A stretch of DNA of 25,220 nucleotides from a virus (Duplodnaviria; Caudoviricetes). Shown here in pieces: positions 1 through 7,104 of this stretch. The stretch covers positions 1 through 25,220 of IMG/VR virus record IMGVR_UViG_3300027693_000024; one strand, written 5' to 3'. Under the pieces are notes generated by a model. The model had not been told where the DNA came from and ran no database searches. It worked only from the letters and a program-made list of their open reading frames with translations. A program made the position numbers and the translations under genes. Each line of letters starts with the position of its first letter. Position 1 is the stretch's first letter.

Positions 1-12
1 TAACTTTAATGC

Positions 13-168
13 TTATTCTTTAGTTTCTTCTGGTTCTTCTAACTTATCTATCAGCATCTTATATGCTGAAATAGTAGCTTGAGCCTGAATCAAAAAGGTT
101 TGCGCCTTTTGTGATTCAGATTCTAAGTCAGAGATTTCAGATAACAAAAACTCTTTACTAATTTGCAC
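13..168 (-). CDS. Small acidic, probably coiled-coil hypothetical protein (51 aa, MQISKEFLLSEISDLESESQKAQTFLIQAQATISAYKMLIDKLEEPEETKE)
   Basis: Hand-translated, below the ORF-track cutoff. GTG at 168-166 directly abuts the TAA of 169..786. Stop TAA at 15-13. Confidence 0.7.
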   Translation of the reverse strand: MQISKEFLLSEISDLESESQKAQTFLIQAQATISAYKMLIDKLEEPEETKE

Positions 169-786
169 TTATGCGCCGCCAGTACGGTTAGCGGCGGATG
201 TTGTACACATAATGTAGCGAACCGATCCGTCAGCCATGATGATCCGAATTGAATCGGTCATTACTTGCGTAGTGTGTGGCGCCATCAACAAACCGCTACC
301 AGTTGTCGGTACATTAGCAAGATACGCTACAGTTCCAGTTCCGCTGTTTGTGAAACGGATAAATGAAGTGTTTGACCAAGTGCCACCGCTTGCAAAGTTT
401 GAGTCAGCTTGAATTGCTGCCAAAGTTCCGCCTGGATTCGTCGATGTACCGCCAATGGTTGCACGAAGTGCGTTACCCGCACCGCTGATTGTGCCTGAGC
501 CATTGACTGACATACTAACGTGTTCGCCGTTAATAGTGCCACCAGCCGCTGCGCCAACACCAGTTACTGTGGAAAACACACGGCTAGTTTCGCCAGAGCC
601 AGTTGATGTGAAAGCTAAACGGCTATAGTTAAGACGGGTATCACCAGAAGCGGCTGAAGTCGTTGCGTAAGAGCCGTTCAGAATACTTGCCGATGTAATG
701 GCAATCGGATCGTTAGAGCTACCAACTTGGTATGAATCTAGTTGTGGGTCAGAGTATGCGACACCAATTGCTTTACTGTTAGGCAT
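169..786 (-). CDS. Gly/Ser/Thr-rich putative virion protein (fibre/decoration-like)
   Basis: 205-aa ORF with SD AAAGGAA upstream and a beta-rich G/S/T composition typical of phage structural proteins. Confidence 0.6.
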   Translation of the reverse strand: MPNSKAIGVAYSDPQLDSYQVGSSNDPIAITSASILNGSYATTSAASGDTRLNYSRLAFTSTGSGETSRVFSTVTGVGAAAGGTINGEHVSMSVNGSGTISGAGNALRATIGGTSTNPGGTLAAIQADSNFASGGTWSNTSFIRFTNSGTGTVAYLANVPTTGSGLLMAPHTTQVMTDSIRIIMADGSVRYIMCTTSAANRTGGA

Positions 787-807
787 AATATTTCCTTTTA
801 AATTAAT

Positions 808-1188
808 TTATTCTTCACTAAATTGACGGAGTTTATACACCGTTGTATTCAGCAAATCCATAATTGAATCGACAGCATTTTGAATCTCTGAATCTTGGGC
901 GATAATCTTACGCTGACTGGTGACGTAATCCTGTATCTCAGTCATATACTGTAATGGATCATATTCCATCATAAAATGATCTTCAAAATCCGTAATCGTA
1001 GAATACTTGCCAAATAAACTTTCCGCAAGAGTATCAACTAAATCAGGGATTTGTGCGTAATACTTGCCAAGTGCCTTGTGGACTGAGTAGCTAGTCGTTT
1101 TCCAATGCAAAACATGAGCAATTGTTGCCGAGTGCAACAAAACCATCAACAATCGTGATGCGTTTTCTAGCTCTTTAGCTTTTTCCAT
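808..1188 (-). CDS. Ferritin-like/Dps-like four-helix protein (DUF5856-like)
   Basis: Motif AHVLHW...HKALGKYY...DTLAE parallels the Dps HW..H..D-x-x-AE ferroxidase ligand pattern. SD GAGG upstream. Confidence 0.65.
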   Translation of the reverse strand: MEKAKELENASRLLMVLLHSATIAHVLHWKTTSYSVHKALGKYYAQIPDLVDTLAESLFGKYSTITDFEDHFMMEYDPLQYMTEIQDYVTSQRKIIAQDSEIQNAVDSIMDLLNTTVYKLRQFSEE

Positions 1189-1549
1189 CTTGCGCCTCGT
1201 TAAGTGTACTAATTATTATATTACACCCACCACCGGATTTAATCACTCCCCGAACAATAGTAATTTCGTCAAATTGTCCGTCATCCTCAAAGACTCCCGC
1301 ATCTTGCAAAGCGTCTAAGACCGCCTTAATACGATTATCAAGGTCAATAGCTCGTTTGTCCCGTGGGTAAATCTTAATTATTGCCGCTAGTCTTTCTTTA
1401 CCAAGTTTCGGGATATTGTTTTCAGTAACGTATTCTTGCACCGCTATTTTGTAATCCCGTCCACCTTTTGATAGGATCGTGCGCCCCCTAAAATTGCGCC
1501 AGTAGGTGTTTATGCTCGGCGGGAGGGGTAATTGCATGGTAATTAGCAT
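1175..1549 (-). CDS. rusA: RusA-family Holliday junction resolvase
   Basis: LPLPPSINTYWR N-terminus and DLDNRIKAVLDAL...DD catalytic signature. Confidence 0.9.
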   Translation of the reverse strand: MLITMQLPLPPSINTYWRNFRGRTILSKGGRDYKIAVQEYVTENNIPKLGKERLAAIIKIYPRDKRAIDLDNRIKAVLDALQDAGVFEDDGQFDEITIVRGVIKSGGGCNIIISTLNEAQDGKS

Positions 1550-1827
1550 TTAACCAATCCTCGCTCAAATAACTCACCAATTGTCTTGCGGTGCGCCATT
1601 TCCCAAAAATCCCTGCGTTGCTCTTTTGTTAACTTATTGCCCTGGTCTAAATCCATGTGGCAACTGAAACATAATGCTGCAATGCGGTAATCCGACGCTT
1701 TTATGCCTTTCCCCTTCCCATCGAGCAACTGGTTGGAATGGGCTGCAACCACCGTACCGTCCTCAGTATTGCAAAGTTGGCACGGAAGTTCTCGACAAGC
1801 TACTAAGAGTTTGGGGTTTCTGTACAT
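1543..1827 (-). CDS. Zn-binding putative nuclease (YbcO/DUF1364-like)
   Basis: CQLC...VVAAHSN...GKGIKASD...LCFSCH pattern. Sits next to rusA as in lambdoid nin regions. Confidence 0.7.
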   Translation of the reverse strand: MYRNPKLLVACRELPCQLCNTEDGTVVAAHSNQLLDGKGKGIKASDYRIAALCFSCHMDLDQGNKLTKEQRRDFWEMAHRKTIGELFERGLVKC

Positions 1828-1979
1828 TGATCTTCACTCCATTGCTGTAGCTCATTGGTTAAAAGCTGCATTTCAACGGCAACGTCAGCGGCTTGGTCAA
1901 ATTCAGCTTTTAAGACTAGCTGACGGTAAACTTTGACTAACGCCATTAACTTGATTAACGATTCGCTGTAGTCAATCAT
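1803..1979 (-). CDS. Small hypothetical protein (58 aa, MIDYSESLIKLMALVKVYRQLVLK...)
   Basis: Hand-translated. ATG overlaps the stop of the upstream gene (ATGA) and fills the gap in the operon. Confidence 0.7.
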   Translation of the reverse strand: MIDYSESLIKLMALVKVYRQLVLKAEFDQAADVAVEMQLLTNELQQWSEDQCTETPNS

Positions 1980-2305
1980 TTTGTCAACCTTTCTATTTGT
2001 CGATTGCTTGCTTGCTCTGTACGGAACGCTTCAAACCTCATCTTTGCCGATTCTAGCCGCCATTTGAGCGTTTCAGCTGCTTCTGTGGCCTCGCCTATAG
2101 CTTTGCATAGGTTTTGGTATTCGTCGCTTGCATAGGCTTCACGCTCTTGTGCGCCAATGGCTAGTTCGCTTGATTTCTTCATCATAATTGACTTCAGACT
2201 AGACTTATACGCCTCAAGCTCTGCAACCTTACCTTTGGCTTGTCCGTATAACGGTGCTGTGGTGTAAATGTAATCAATCGCATCGTGAGGGTTAAAGTCA
2301 GCCAT
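1976..2305 (-). CDS. Helical hypothetical phage protein (start MADFNP preferred)
   Basis: ORF-track 1976..2320. The in-frame ATG at 2305 has a GAGA purine tract upstream and a short overlap with the previous gene. Confidence 0.7.
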   Translation of the reverse strand: MADFNPHDAIDYIYTTAPLYGQAKGKVAELEAYKSSLKSIMMKKSSELAIGAQEREAYASDEYQNLCKAIGEATEAAETLKWRLESAKMRFEAFRTEQASNRQIERLTK

Positions 2306-2492
2306 TGTTTTTCTCTGCAATGATAACTTTTGCTAACCTGTTCCAAGCATCGTCCCACTCTGCTACATCGTTAGCTGCGCCAAGTTCTTGCGCCAAAGTT
2401 ATTAACAATTGGTTTAAGTCTGTTAATCGTTTAATCTCGTTGTTTAGAGATTGCGCTTCAATTAGCGTAAATAAGTCTGGTTGGTTATCCAC
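2298..2492 (-). CDS. Small hypothetical protein
   Basis: 64-aa ORF overlapping both neighbours, same strand as the operon, AAGGA upstream. Confidence 0.65.
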   Translation of the reverse strand: MDNQPDLFTLIEAQSLNNEIKRLTDLNQLLITLAQELGAANDVAEWDDAWNRLAKVIIAEKNNG

Positions 2493-2700
2493 CGTTGCGT
2501 TCCTTTAATTTTGCTTCTATTTGTTTATAAAAATTCCATGCGTTGTAATCGTTTTGCTCGTTTACATCTCTAGTAATTAAAAGTGCTTTTTCATATTCTT
2601 TAAATATATTTTCTCTTATTTCATTAACTTCATTGTTTGTTAACCCGACCCACTGACGCTGTGCAACATACATCTGGGTGTCATCATCATCTCTGTTCAT
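2485..2700 (-). CDS. Small hypothetical phage protein (WVGLT motif)
   Basis: 71 aa, GAGGA SD, ATGA overlap. The 'WVGLTxxE' motif is recurrent in phage nin-like accessory genes. Confidence 0.7.
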   Translation of the reverse strand: MNRDDDDTQMYVAQRQWVGLTNNEVNEIRENIFKEYEKALLITRDVNEQNDYNAWNFYKQIEAKLKERNGG

Positions 2701-3326
2701 TTGCGTTCCTCAACGTTATAAAACCAATCATCCCCAACAGACCATTTGCGTGTTCCGTCTACTGTCCAAATTGTTTTTGCTGCTTGAAAATCAGGAAATC
2801 TTGTTTCAACAGGAATTAGCGACTGGTCATACCATAAGCAACGGTTATTTGGCTGTATCGCAAATTGCCCGTTTTCTAACTTAATAAAGTTGAAGCTCTT
2901 GTGTTCTTCAGCTTGTTCCGTGAATCCAGTATCTACGTCCATATTGTCAGCGCAAAAATCTACGGTGAACAGGTAATTGCCAAAATGCCATTGCTTGTCT
3001 TTGCCTAGAAACTTGACCCCAAGGTTACGCAGCCCAATCTTTTCAATGATTGTGAACTTATAGCCCATGCAATCCCAAAGCTGTAAAGTGTCAATTGGCA
3101 AATTGCCATGTTCTGTTTTCCAAACATAAGCATGGATAGGTAACTTGTCATATAAAGCACCGTAATCTGGTAATAACGATTCAATGCGAAATACTTGCCC
3201 ACGCAATGCTTTAATGCTTACCCAGATAGCAGCATCAAGCTCGCCGTGACCTCTTTGAAAGTTATACAAATATTCTCGGCGCACAAAGCATTTAATAGGT
3301 GGCAAAGACGCAACGATGTAACTCAA
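2697..3326 (-). CDS. Aromatic-rich hypothetical phage protein (209 aa)
   Basis: Long ORF with TTG start coupled to the upstream stop, AGGGG SD. No motif assignable. Confidence 0.8.
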   Translation of the reverse strand: MSYIVASLPPIKCFVRREYLYNFQRGHGELDAAIWVSIKALRGQVFRIESLLPDYGALYDKLPIHAYVWKTEHGNLPIDTLQLWDCMGYKFTIIEKIGLRNLGVKFLGKDKQWHFGNYLFTVDFCADNMDVDTGFTEQAEEHKSFNFIKLENGQFAIQPNNRCLWYDQSLIPVETRFPDFQAAKTIWTVDGTRKWSVGDDWFYNVEERK

Positions 3327-3526
3327 TTTTTACCCCTTGCTCTTATTGCTGCGGCAGTCTGTCTGCCAACTTCCTCACACAACTTCGCACACGCCTCACG
3401 CTCTTTTGCCACTGCAGCTTGTACAACCTTGTCTACTCGCTCAAGCTCCAGTATTTTTTTAGCTGCCGTTTCGTTTATTTCTTCAATAGCATTGTCGAAA
3501 TCTGTTTTTGTCATTGGCGTTGCCAT
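3323..3526 (-). CDS. Small phage protein (EREACAKLC...AAAIRARG family)
   Basis: Recurrent accessory-protein motif. GGAGG upstream and TAATG coupling. Confidence 0.75.
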   Translation of the reverse strand: MATPMTKTDFDNAIEEINETAAKKILELERVDKVVQAAVAKEREACAKLCEEVGRQTAAAIRARGKN

Positions 3527-3747
3527 TATTCCCGTCCTCCGTTCATGGCCCGATCAACTTGCTCGTTCAGCTTATGTTCTGTGACCATAAACAACTGGTG
3601 AGTAGCCTGGTTCAACCAGCGGTAGCGGTCTGCGTCTACCTTTAACGCTCGAACAATGTCAGCTACCTGTTTCATTTCCTCATGCGTCATTAGATAACCG
3701 TTGTCTAATACCCGCAAAAGCTGCGTGTAATCTCGTAAATCTCTCAT
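3526..3747 (-). CDS. Small phage protein (DAxRYRWL motif)
   Basis: 73 aa. DADRYRWL is a common motif in phage Ead/Ea22-like accessory proteins. Confidence 0.7.
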   Translation of the reverse strand: MRDLRDYTQLLRVLDNGYLMTHEEMKQVADIVRALKVDADRYRWLNQATHQLFMVTEHKLNEQVDRAMNGGRE

Positions 3748-3869
3748 TTGTGCGCCCTATAGAATTTGCTGCACCACTCGCATAGTCCATCAATTAGGTT
3801 TGTCGTAACTTGCCCACAACAATCACAAATCGGTTCTTTAACTTTCTTTTTTAATGCCAGCCAACTCAT
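3744..3869 (-). CDS. 41-aa zinc-finger micro-protein (MSWLALKKKVKEPICDCCGQVTTNLIDGLCEWCSKFYRAHK)
   Basis: Hand-translated. CxxC...CxxC, AAGG upstream, ATGA overlap with the next gene. Confidence 0.65.
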   Translation of the reverse strand: MSWLALKKKVKEPICDCCGQVTTNLIDGLCEWCSKFYRAHK

Positions 3870-4023
3870 TAACCTTTTCATGTGTCCCGTCCGTGTAAAA
3901 AAGAGTGTTTGCCATTCGTGTTGGGTACTTCATAAAGTTCATGCTGCCCTTCCGCATTGGGGGCGCAACAATCTTTAACGGTGGCCTGTCAAACTTGCTC
4001 AATTTTTCTATTTTGTTTTTCAT
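3838..4023 (-). CDS. Small basic hypothetical protein
   Basis: 61-aa ORF in the operon direction. Confidence 0.6.
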   Translation of the reverse strand: MKNKIEKLSKFDRPPLKIVAPPMRKGSMNFMKYPTRMANTLFYTDGTHEKVNELAGIKKES

Positions 4024-4035
4024 GTTGTTTTGCTC

Positions 4036-4053
4036 AATTAAGTTAGCTTAACA
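4036..4053. promoter_or_regulatory. Palindromic operator copy (minus strand TGTTAAG-CTAA-CTTAATT)
   Basis: Matches the TGTTAAG-N4-CTTAAYA motif at 5619, 5695 and 7930. Confidence 0.55.
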
Positions 4054-4501
4054 TATCTAGCGCAATTTTATAGCTTTTTATTTGGTATGGTGATATTTTT
4101 TCACCCCCAACATGGCGGTCACGAAGTTTTTTAGCCCATCTCTTATGGTCAATTTTGCCGTTTTCATCCTTTGGTGCTTTAAACGCTTTTGCAACGATTT
4201 CAGCCAACACACGGTCAACCAGTTCAATTGGTGCTTTTGAAGCGTCCAAAGCAATTGTGGTTGGCCTGGGTGCTTGTTTGCATAAACTCTTAAACTCAAT
4301 TAGGTTTGGGCAACGGTCTGGTAGATTTTTTAATGCCCAACCAATAACATTTAGGTTGTCAGAAAACATCCCAAGTTCATGCGCCCAGGCTGACTTCACT
4401 TCGTTTAACGGAATACCATTCCACTTATTTTTAAATTCAGAACCGTATGTCATAGACAAGCGATCAAACAAACGTTCAACAGCAGCAATTGATATTGTCA
4501 T
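4043..4501 (-). CDS. Replication-associated protein (position of helicase loader/P-like gene)
   Basis: 152 aa, ATGA-coupled to the initiator. The P-N-L-x-E-F-K-x-L-C motif is typical of genes following lambdoid initiators. Confidence 0.55.
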   Translation of the reverse strand: MTISIAAVERLFDRLSMTYGSEFKNKWNGIPLNEVKSAWAHELGMFSDNLNVIGWALKNLPDRCPNLIEFKSLCKQAPRPTTIALDASKAPIELVDRVLAEIVAKAFKAPKDENGKIDHKRWAKKLRDRHVGGEKISPYQIKSYKIALDMLS

Positions 4502-5247
4502 TTTTTTATCCTTAGTAAATTGTTTGTGGATTCCATTTCAAAAATATCTTTTTCAAATGTTGGCTTTCTACCAGTTGCGCTTTCAAACCACTCACGATTC
4601 TGCTTTACCCAAGGTTGTTCATTGTCTTTGCTTTCAGCTCGTTGCTTTCGTATCCAGTTGCGCCATGTGGCAAACCAATCAGCTTTGCGTTTGGCTTCAG
4701 AAATCCAATAATCTTTAAACCCGTCTGCAACTTGGTTGATATTAAGATCAGGTCTTTGCTCTTTTGCCCATATTGCCCATTCGTCAGGCAATTCCCAATC
4801 TTTCGATAATTGGCTAGTTTTTGTTTGGGCAGCTTTAGCTGCTAACTCTTTTAATGGTTCTTGTTTAGTGGTTAGTGGTTCTTGTTTAGGGTTATTTTGG
4901 GTTAGGCTTGGGTTAGGCTTGGGTATCCCATGGGTTTTTTTTGGCCTACCACCCTTGATTCCATTAAGTTTTTGCTTATCAAGAAAGCCATGATAATTAG
5001 CTATTTCAGCGTCTGCACGACGATTTATGTACCCGTTTTCGGTGTGTTCAAAGAACTCAACAAGTATCGCTTTTACAATTCCTGCTTCGATTCTTAATCT
5101 ACGGGAAACCCATGGGATATCAGTGGGTATTGGTGTTTCAGTGTCGTAATACATATCCAGAAGTCTGCGATATGTAATGTCCTCGATTGGGGACAAGTGC
5201 ATCGTGTGTTTGTTGTAATCACCGATGTTGAATTGATAATAGTGCAT
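4498..5247 (-). CDS. Phage replication initiator (DUF1376/YdaU-like N-terminus)
   Basis: MHYYQFNIGDY...T.HLS..E...YRRLLDMYY N-terminus, KGGRP followed by an iteron-encoded linker, and C-terminal F.DYW...K.DW.ATWRNW. Confidence 0.85.
   Translation of the reverse strand: MHYYQFNIGDYNKHTMHLSPIEDITYRRLLDMYYDTETPIPTDIPWVSRRLRIEAGIVKAILVEFFEHTENGYINRRADAEIANYHGFLDKQKLNGIKGGRPKKTHGIPKPNPSLTQNNPKQEPLTTKQEPLKELAAKAAQTKTSQLSKDWELPDEWAIWAKEQRPDLNINQVADGFKDYWISEAKRKADWFATWRNWIRKQRAESKDNEQPWVKQNREWFESATGRKPTFEKDIFEMESTNNLLRIKK
4855..4937. repeat. Iteron-like repeats, probable replication origin inside the initiator gene
   Basis: TGGTTCTTGTTTAG x2 and GGGTTAGGCTT x2, with GGGTT/GGGTA cores recurring at about 11-bp spacing. 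Confidence 0.7.
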
Positions 5248-5257
5248 CTCAAACCTT

Positions 5258-5348
5258 AAAAAAAAGGCTTCACCTGAACACGCAATTCCTTTTTTAAGGG
5301 AATCTGGCAGGACGAGCCAACACTCGCTGCGTATTCATGTGAAGCCTT
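5258..5348 (-). ncRNA. C4/P4-CI-like three-way-junction structured RNA with U8 tail
   Basis: Minus strand: 21-nt stalk AAGGCUUCACAUGAAUACGCA/UGCGUGUUCAGGUGAAGCCUU, hairpin GCGAG-UGUUGG-CUCGU, 8-nt linker CCUGCCAG, hairpin AUUCCCUU-AAAA-AAGGAAU, then U8. Most G-U pairs favour the minus strand. Confidence 0.7.
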
Positions 5349-5390
5349 GTTGGAATAATCACCCCCGCCAAAGGATGCACTAATTATCTA

Positions 5391-5621
5391 TTATTTCCTT
5401 TTTTTACGCAACTCAGGCCAAATAATTTTCCAGTTGTTGATGTTGTCTTGTCTAGTCCACTGGCCATCGGATAAACGTTCTAGCTCGCCAGCCATAAAAA
5501 CTAGCTTGTCTACAGGGATACCGTTAGCTTTCCATTGACTTACGGCTGGCACACTTACGCCGCACAGTCTGGCAACCTTTGTCGTACCGCCTAAAATTTG
5601 TATGATTTCTATGTTTTCCAT
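5391..5621 (-). CDS. Cro/YdaS-like HTH transcriptional regulator
   Basis: LGGTTKVARLCGVSVPAVSQW HTH and C-terminal IWPEL. First gene of the replication operon. Confidence 0.85.
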   Translation of the reverse strand: MENIEIIQILGGTTKVARLCGVSVPAVSQWKANGIPVDKLVFMAGELERLSDGQWTRQDNINNWKIIWPELRKKRK

Positions 5622-5657
5622 GTAGCCATCTTAACATTTATTGTCAAAGAAACTCAA
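5619..5657 (-). promoter_or_regulatory. Leftward sigma70 promoter (probably leaderless) with overlapping operator
   Basis: TTGAGT-18 bp-TAAGAT with extended -10 TG, ATG 6 nt downstream. Operator TGTTAAG-ATGG-CTACATG at 5636-5619. Confidence 0.55.
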
Positions 5658-5684
5658 CTATTTTTTTGTTATCGAGTTTTCCAC

Positions 5685-5713
5685 TTGCGTTATTTGTTTA
5701 GATAGCTTAATAT
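5685..5713 (+). promoter_or_regulatory. Rightward sigma70 promoter with operator in the spacer
   Basis: TTGCGT-17 bp-TAATAT. Operator TGTTTAG-ATAG-CTTAATA at 5695-5712. Confidence 0.7.
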
Positions 5714-5757
5714 TTAATCACTGACGAATTGCTCAGTAATTATATACAGGTGCAAAA

Positions 5758-6333
5758 ATGAATGAATTAGCAAAATCTCTAGTAAAAGCCCAGGCTGCTA
5801 TGAACCACGCAGCAAAAGACTCTAAAAATCCCCACTTTAAATCTGCGTACAGCTCACTAGCATCGGTTATCGACGCTGTGCGACCTGCGCTGTCTGGCAA
5901 CGGTCTTGCGTTTGTGCAAAAGCTGCATACCGCTGATGGTGGCGTAGCAGTTGAGACAGTATTGATCCACGAATCCGGTCAAGAAATGTCTTGCGGTACT
6001 TTGTTTATACCTGCGAGCAAACAAGACGCTCAGGGCTTTGGTTCTGCACTTTCGTATGCAAAACGCTATAGCTTGCAATCTGCGCTTGGCATCGCATCGG
6101 CTGATGATGACGGTGAAGCCGCTGTAAAAACGCCGCCTAAGCCTCCAGTTGCGGTCACGATAGACATGGACTACGCAGTGGACGAAATGGCGGAACAGAC
6201 CGATTTAGAGTCTTTAAAAAGCTGTTTCGCTAAATGGTACAAGTCTGCGCCTGATTCGCAGAAAGAAGTCTTGAAAGCTATGTACGATGGGATCAAAGTT
6301 CAATTAATTGCAATTTCAAACGGAGCAAAATAA
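5758..6333 (+). CDS. erf: ERF-family ssDNA annealing protein
   Basis: KDSKNPHFKS.Y, LIHESGQ and Q..GSALSYAKRYSL.S.LGI...DDDG ERF signature. Confidence 0.92.
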   Translation: MNELAKSLVKAQAAMNHAAKDSKNPHFKSAYSSLASVIDAVRPALSGNGLAFVQKLHTADGGVAVETVLIHESGQEMSCGTLFIPASKQDAQGFGSALSYAKRYSLQSALGIASADDDGEAAVKTPPKPPVAVTIDMDYAVDEMAEQTDLESLKSCFAKWYKSAPDSQKEVLKAMYDGIKVQLIAISNGAK

Positions 6334-6752
6334 TGGCAAATGACCTAAACCGTTGTGAATTCATTGGAAGATTAGGGCGTGATCCAGAAGTGCGCTTTGC
6401 CGCCTCTGGTGAGGCCATTGCAAACTTTTCAATTGCTTGTGGATGGAAGTCCAAAGAAAAAGAATCAGTTGAGTGGATTCGCATTGTTGCATTTGGCAAA
6501 CTTGCTGGCGTTTGTGGTGACTATCTTCGCAAGGGTTCGCAGGTGTACATCGCTGGGCGTATGGTTACACGAAAATGGCAAAACAAGGACGGTGTAGAGC
6601 AATTCTCTACCGAAGTCGTTGCTGATCAGATGCAAATGCTTGGTGGCAAGTCAGAGGAATCGCCAGCAACTAAGAAACCTGACGCATATCGGGCCATCAA
6701 AGAGGGCAATGTTATGCCGATTGAAGATGATTTGGACAGTGTGCCATTTTGA
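6333..6752 (+). CDS. ssb: Single-stranded DNA-binding protein
   Basis: IGRLGRDPEVR, EW.RIVAFGKLA, YLRKGSQVYI.G and acidic DDLDSVPF tail. Confidence 0.95.
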   Translation: MANDLNRCEFIGRLGRDPEVRFAASGEAIANFSIACGWKSKEKESVEWIRIVAFGKLAGVCGDYLRKGSQVYIAGRMVTRKWQNKDGVEQFSTEVVADQMQMLGGKSEESPATKKPDAYRAIKEGNVMPIEDDLDSVPF

Positions 6753-6895
6753 TGAACAAAACTGAGGAAGCAATTTTGATTTCTTGGCGGCTTCAACAGT
6801 GGTATGAAGGCATGGTCTTAGACGCTAGGGCCATGCAAGACCTACAGGATGCAATCGAGATGCTTAAAACATTAGCTAAACAGGTGCAAAAATGA
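6752..6895 (+). CDS. Small hypothetical protein (47 aa, MNKTEEAILISWRLQQWYEGMVLD...)
   Basis: Hand-translated. TGATG coupling to ssb and ATGA coupling to the next gene. Confidence 0.7.
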   Translation: MNKTEEAILISWRLQQWYEGMVLDARAMQDLQDAIEMLKTLAKQVQK

Positions 6896-7104
6896 AAATG
6901 AGTCCACCAGCGTTTCCGACATGGATTGTTGATGATTCAATGGCGCATGGTATGACATTGCGAGATTATTTTGCAAATCATGCAATGGTTGGTTTTTTGG
7001 CTTCCGACGATTTAACCGATCACCCATCAAATGTAGCTAAATGGTCTTATGAGATGGCTGACGCAATGATGAGAGCGAGGGAATATGATTATCAAAACAG
7101 TTGA
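6892..7104 (+). CDS. Small phage protein (PAFP...GMTLRDYFA...ADAM family)
   Basis: Recurrent phage accessory motif. AGGTG RBS. Confidence 0.8.
   Translation: MKMSPPAFPTWIVDDSMAHGMTLRDYFANHAMVGFLASDDLTDHPSNVAKWSYEMADAMMRAREYDYQNS

Noticed and set aside
1703-4993. Plus-strand ORFs opposite the replication/nin operon (e.g. 4155..4718, 3195..3584)
   Set aside because: Antisense shadows of a fully tiled minus-strand operon, with no SD or recognisable motifs.
5264-5348. Possible tRNA
   Set aside because: No D/T-loop consensus, anticodon arm or CCA. It is a three-way junction with a long stalk.
5619-5647. Perfect TTGACA on the minus strand as the cro -35
   Set aside because: A 17-bp spacer gives a poor -10 (TACATG) overlapping the start codon, so it could not transcribe the full gene.
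6784-6798. TTGGCGG-CT-TCAACA on the plus-strand mRNA resembles both target sites of the C4-like RNA
   Set aside because: The matches are short, the spacing (2 nt) differs from the cis site (about 11 nt), and it lies mid-ORF. It is plausibly chance and needs conservation data.
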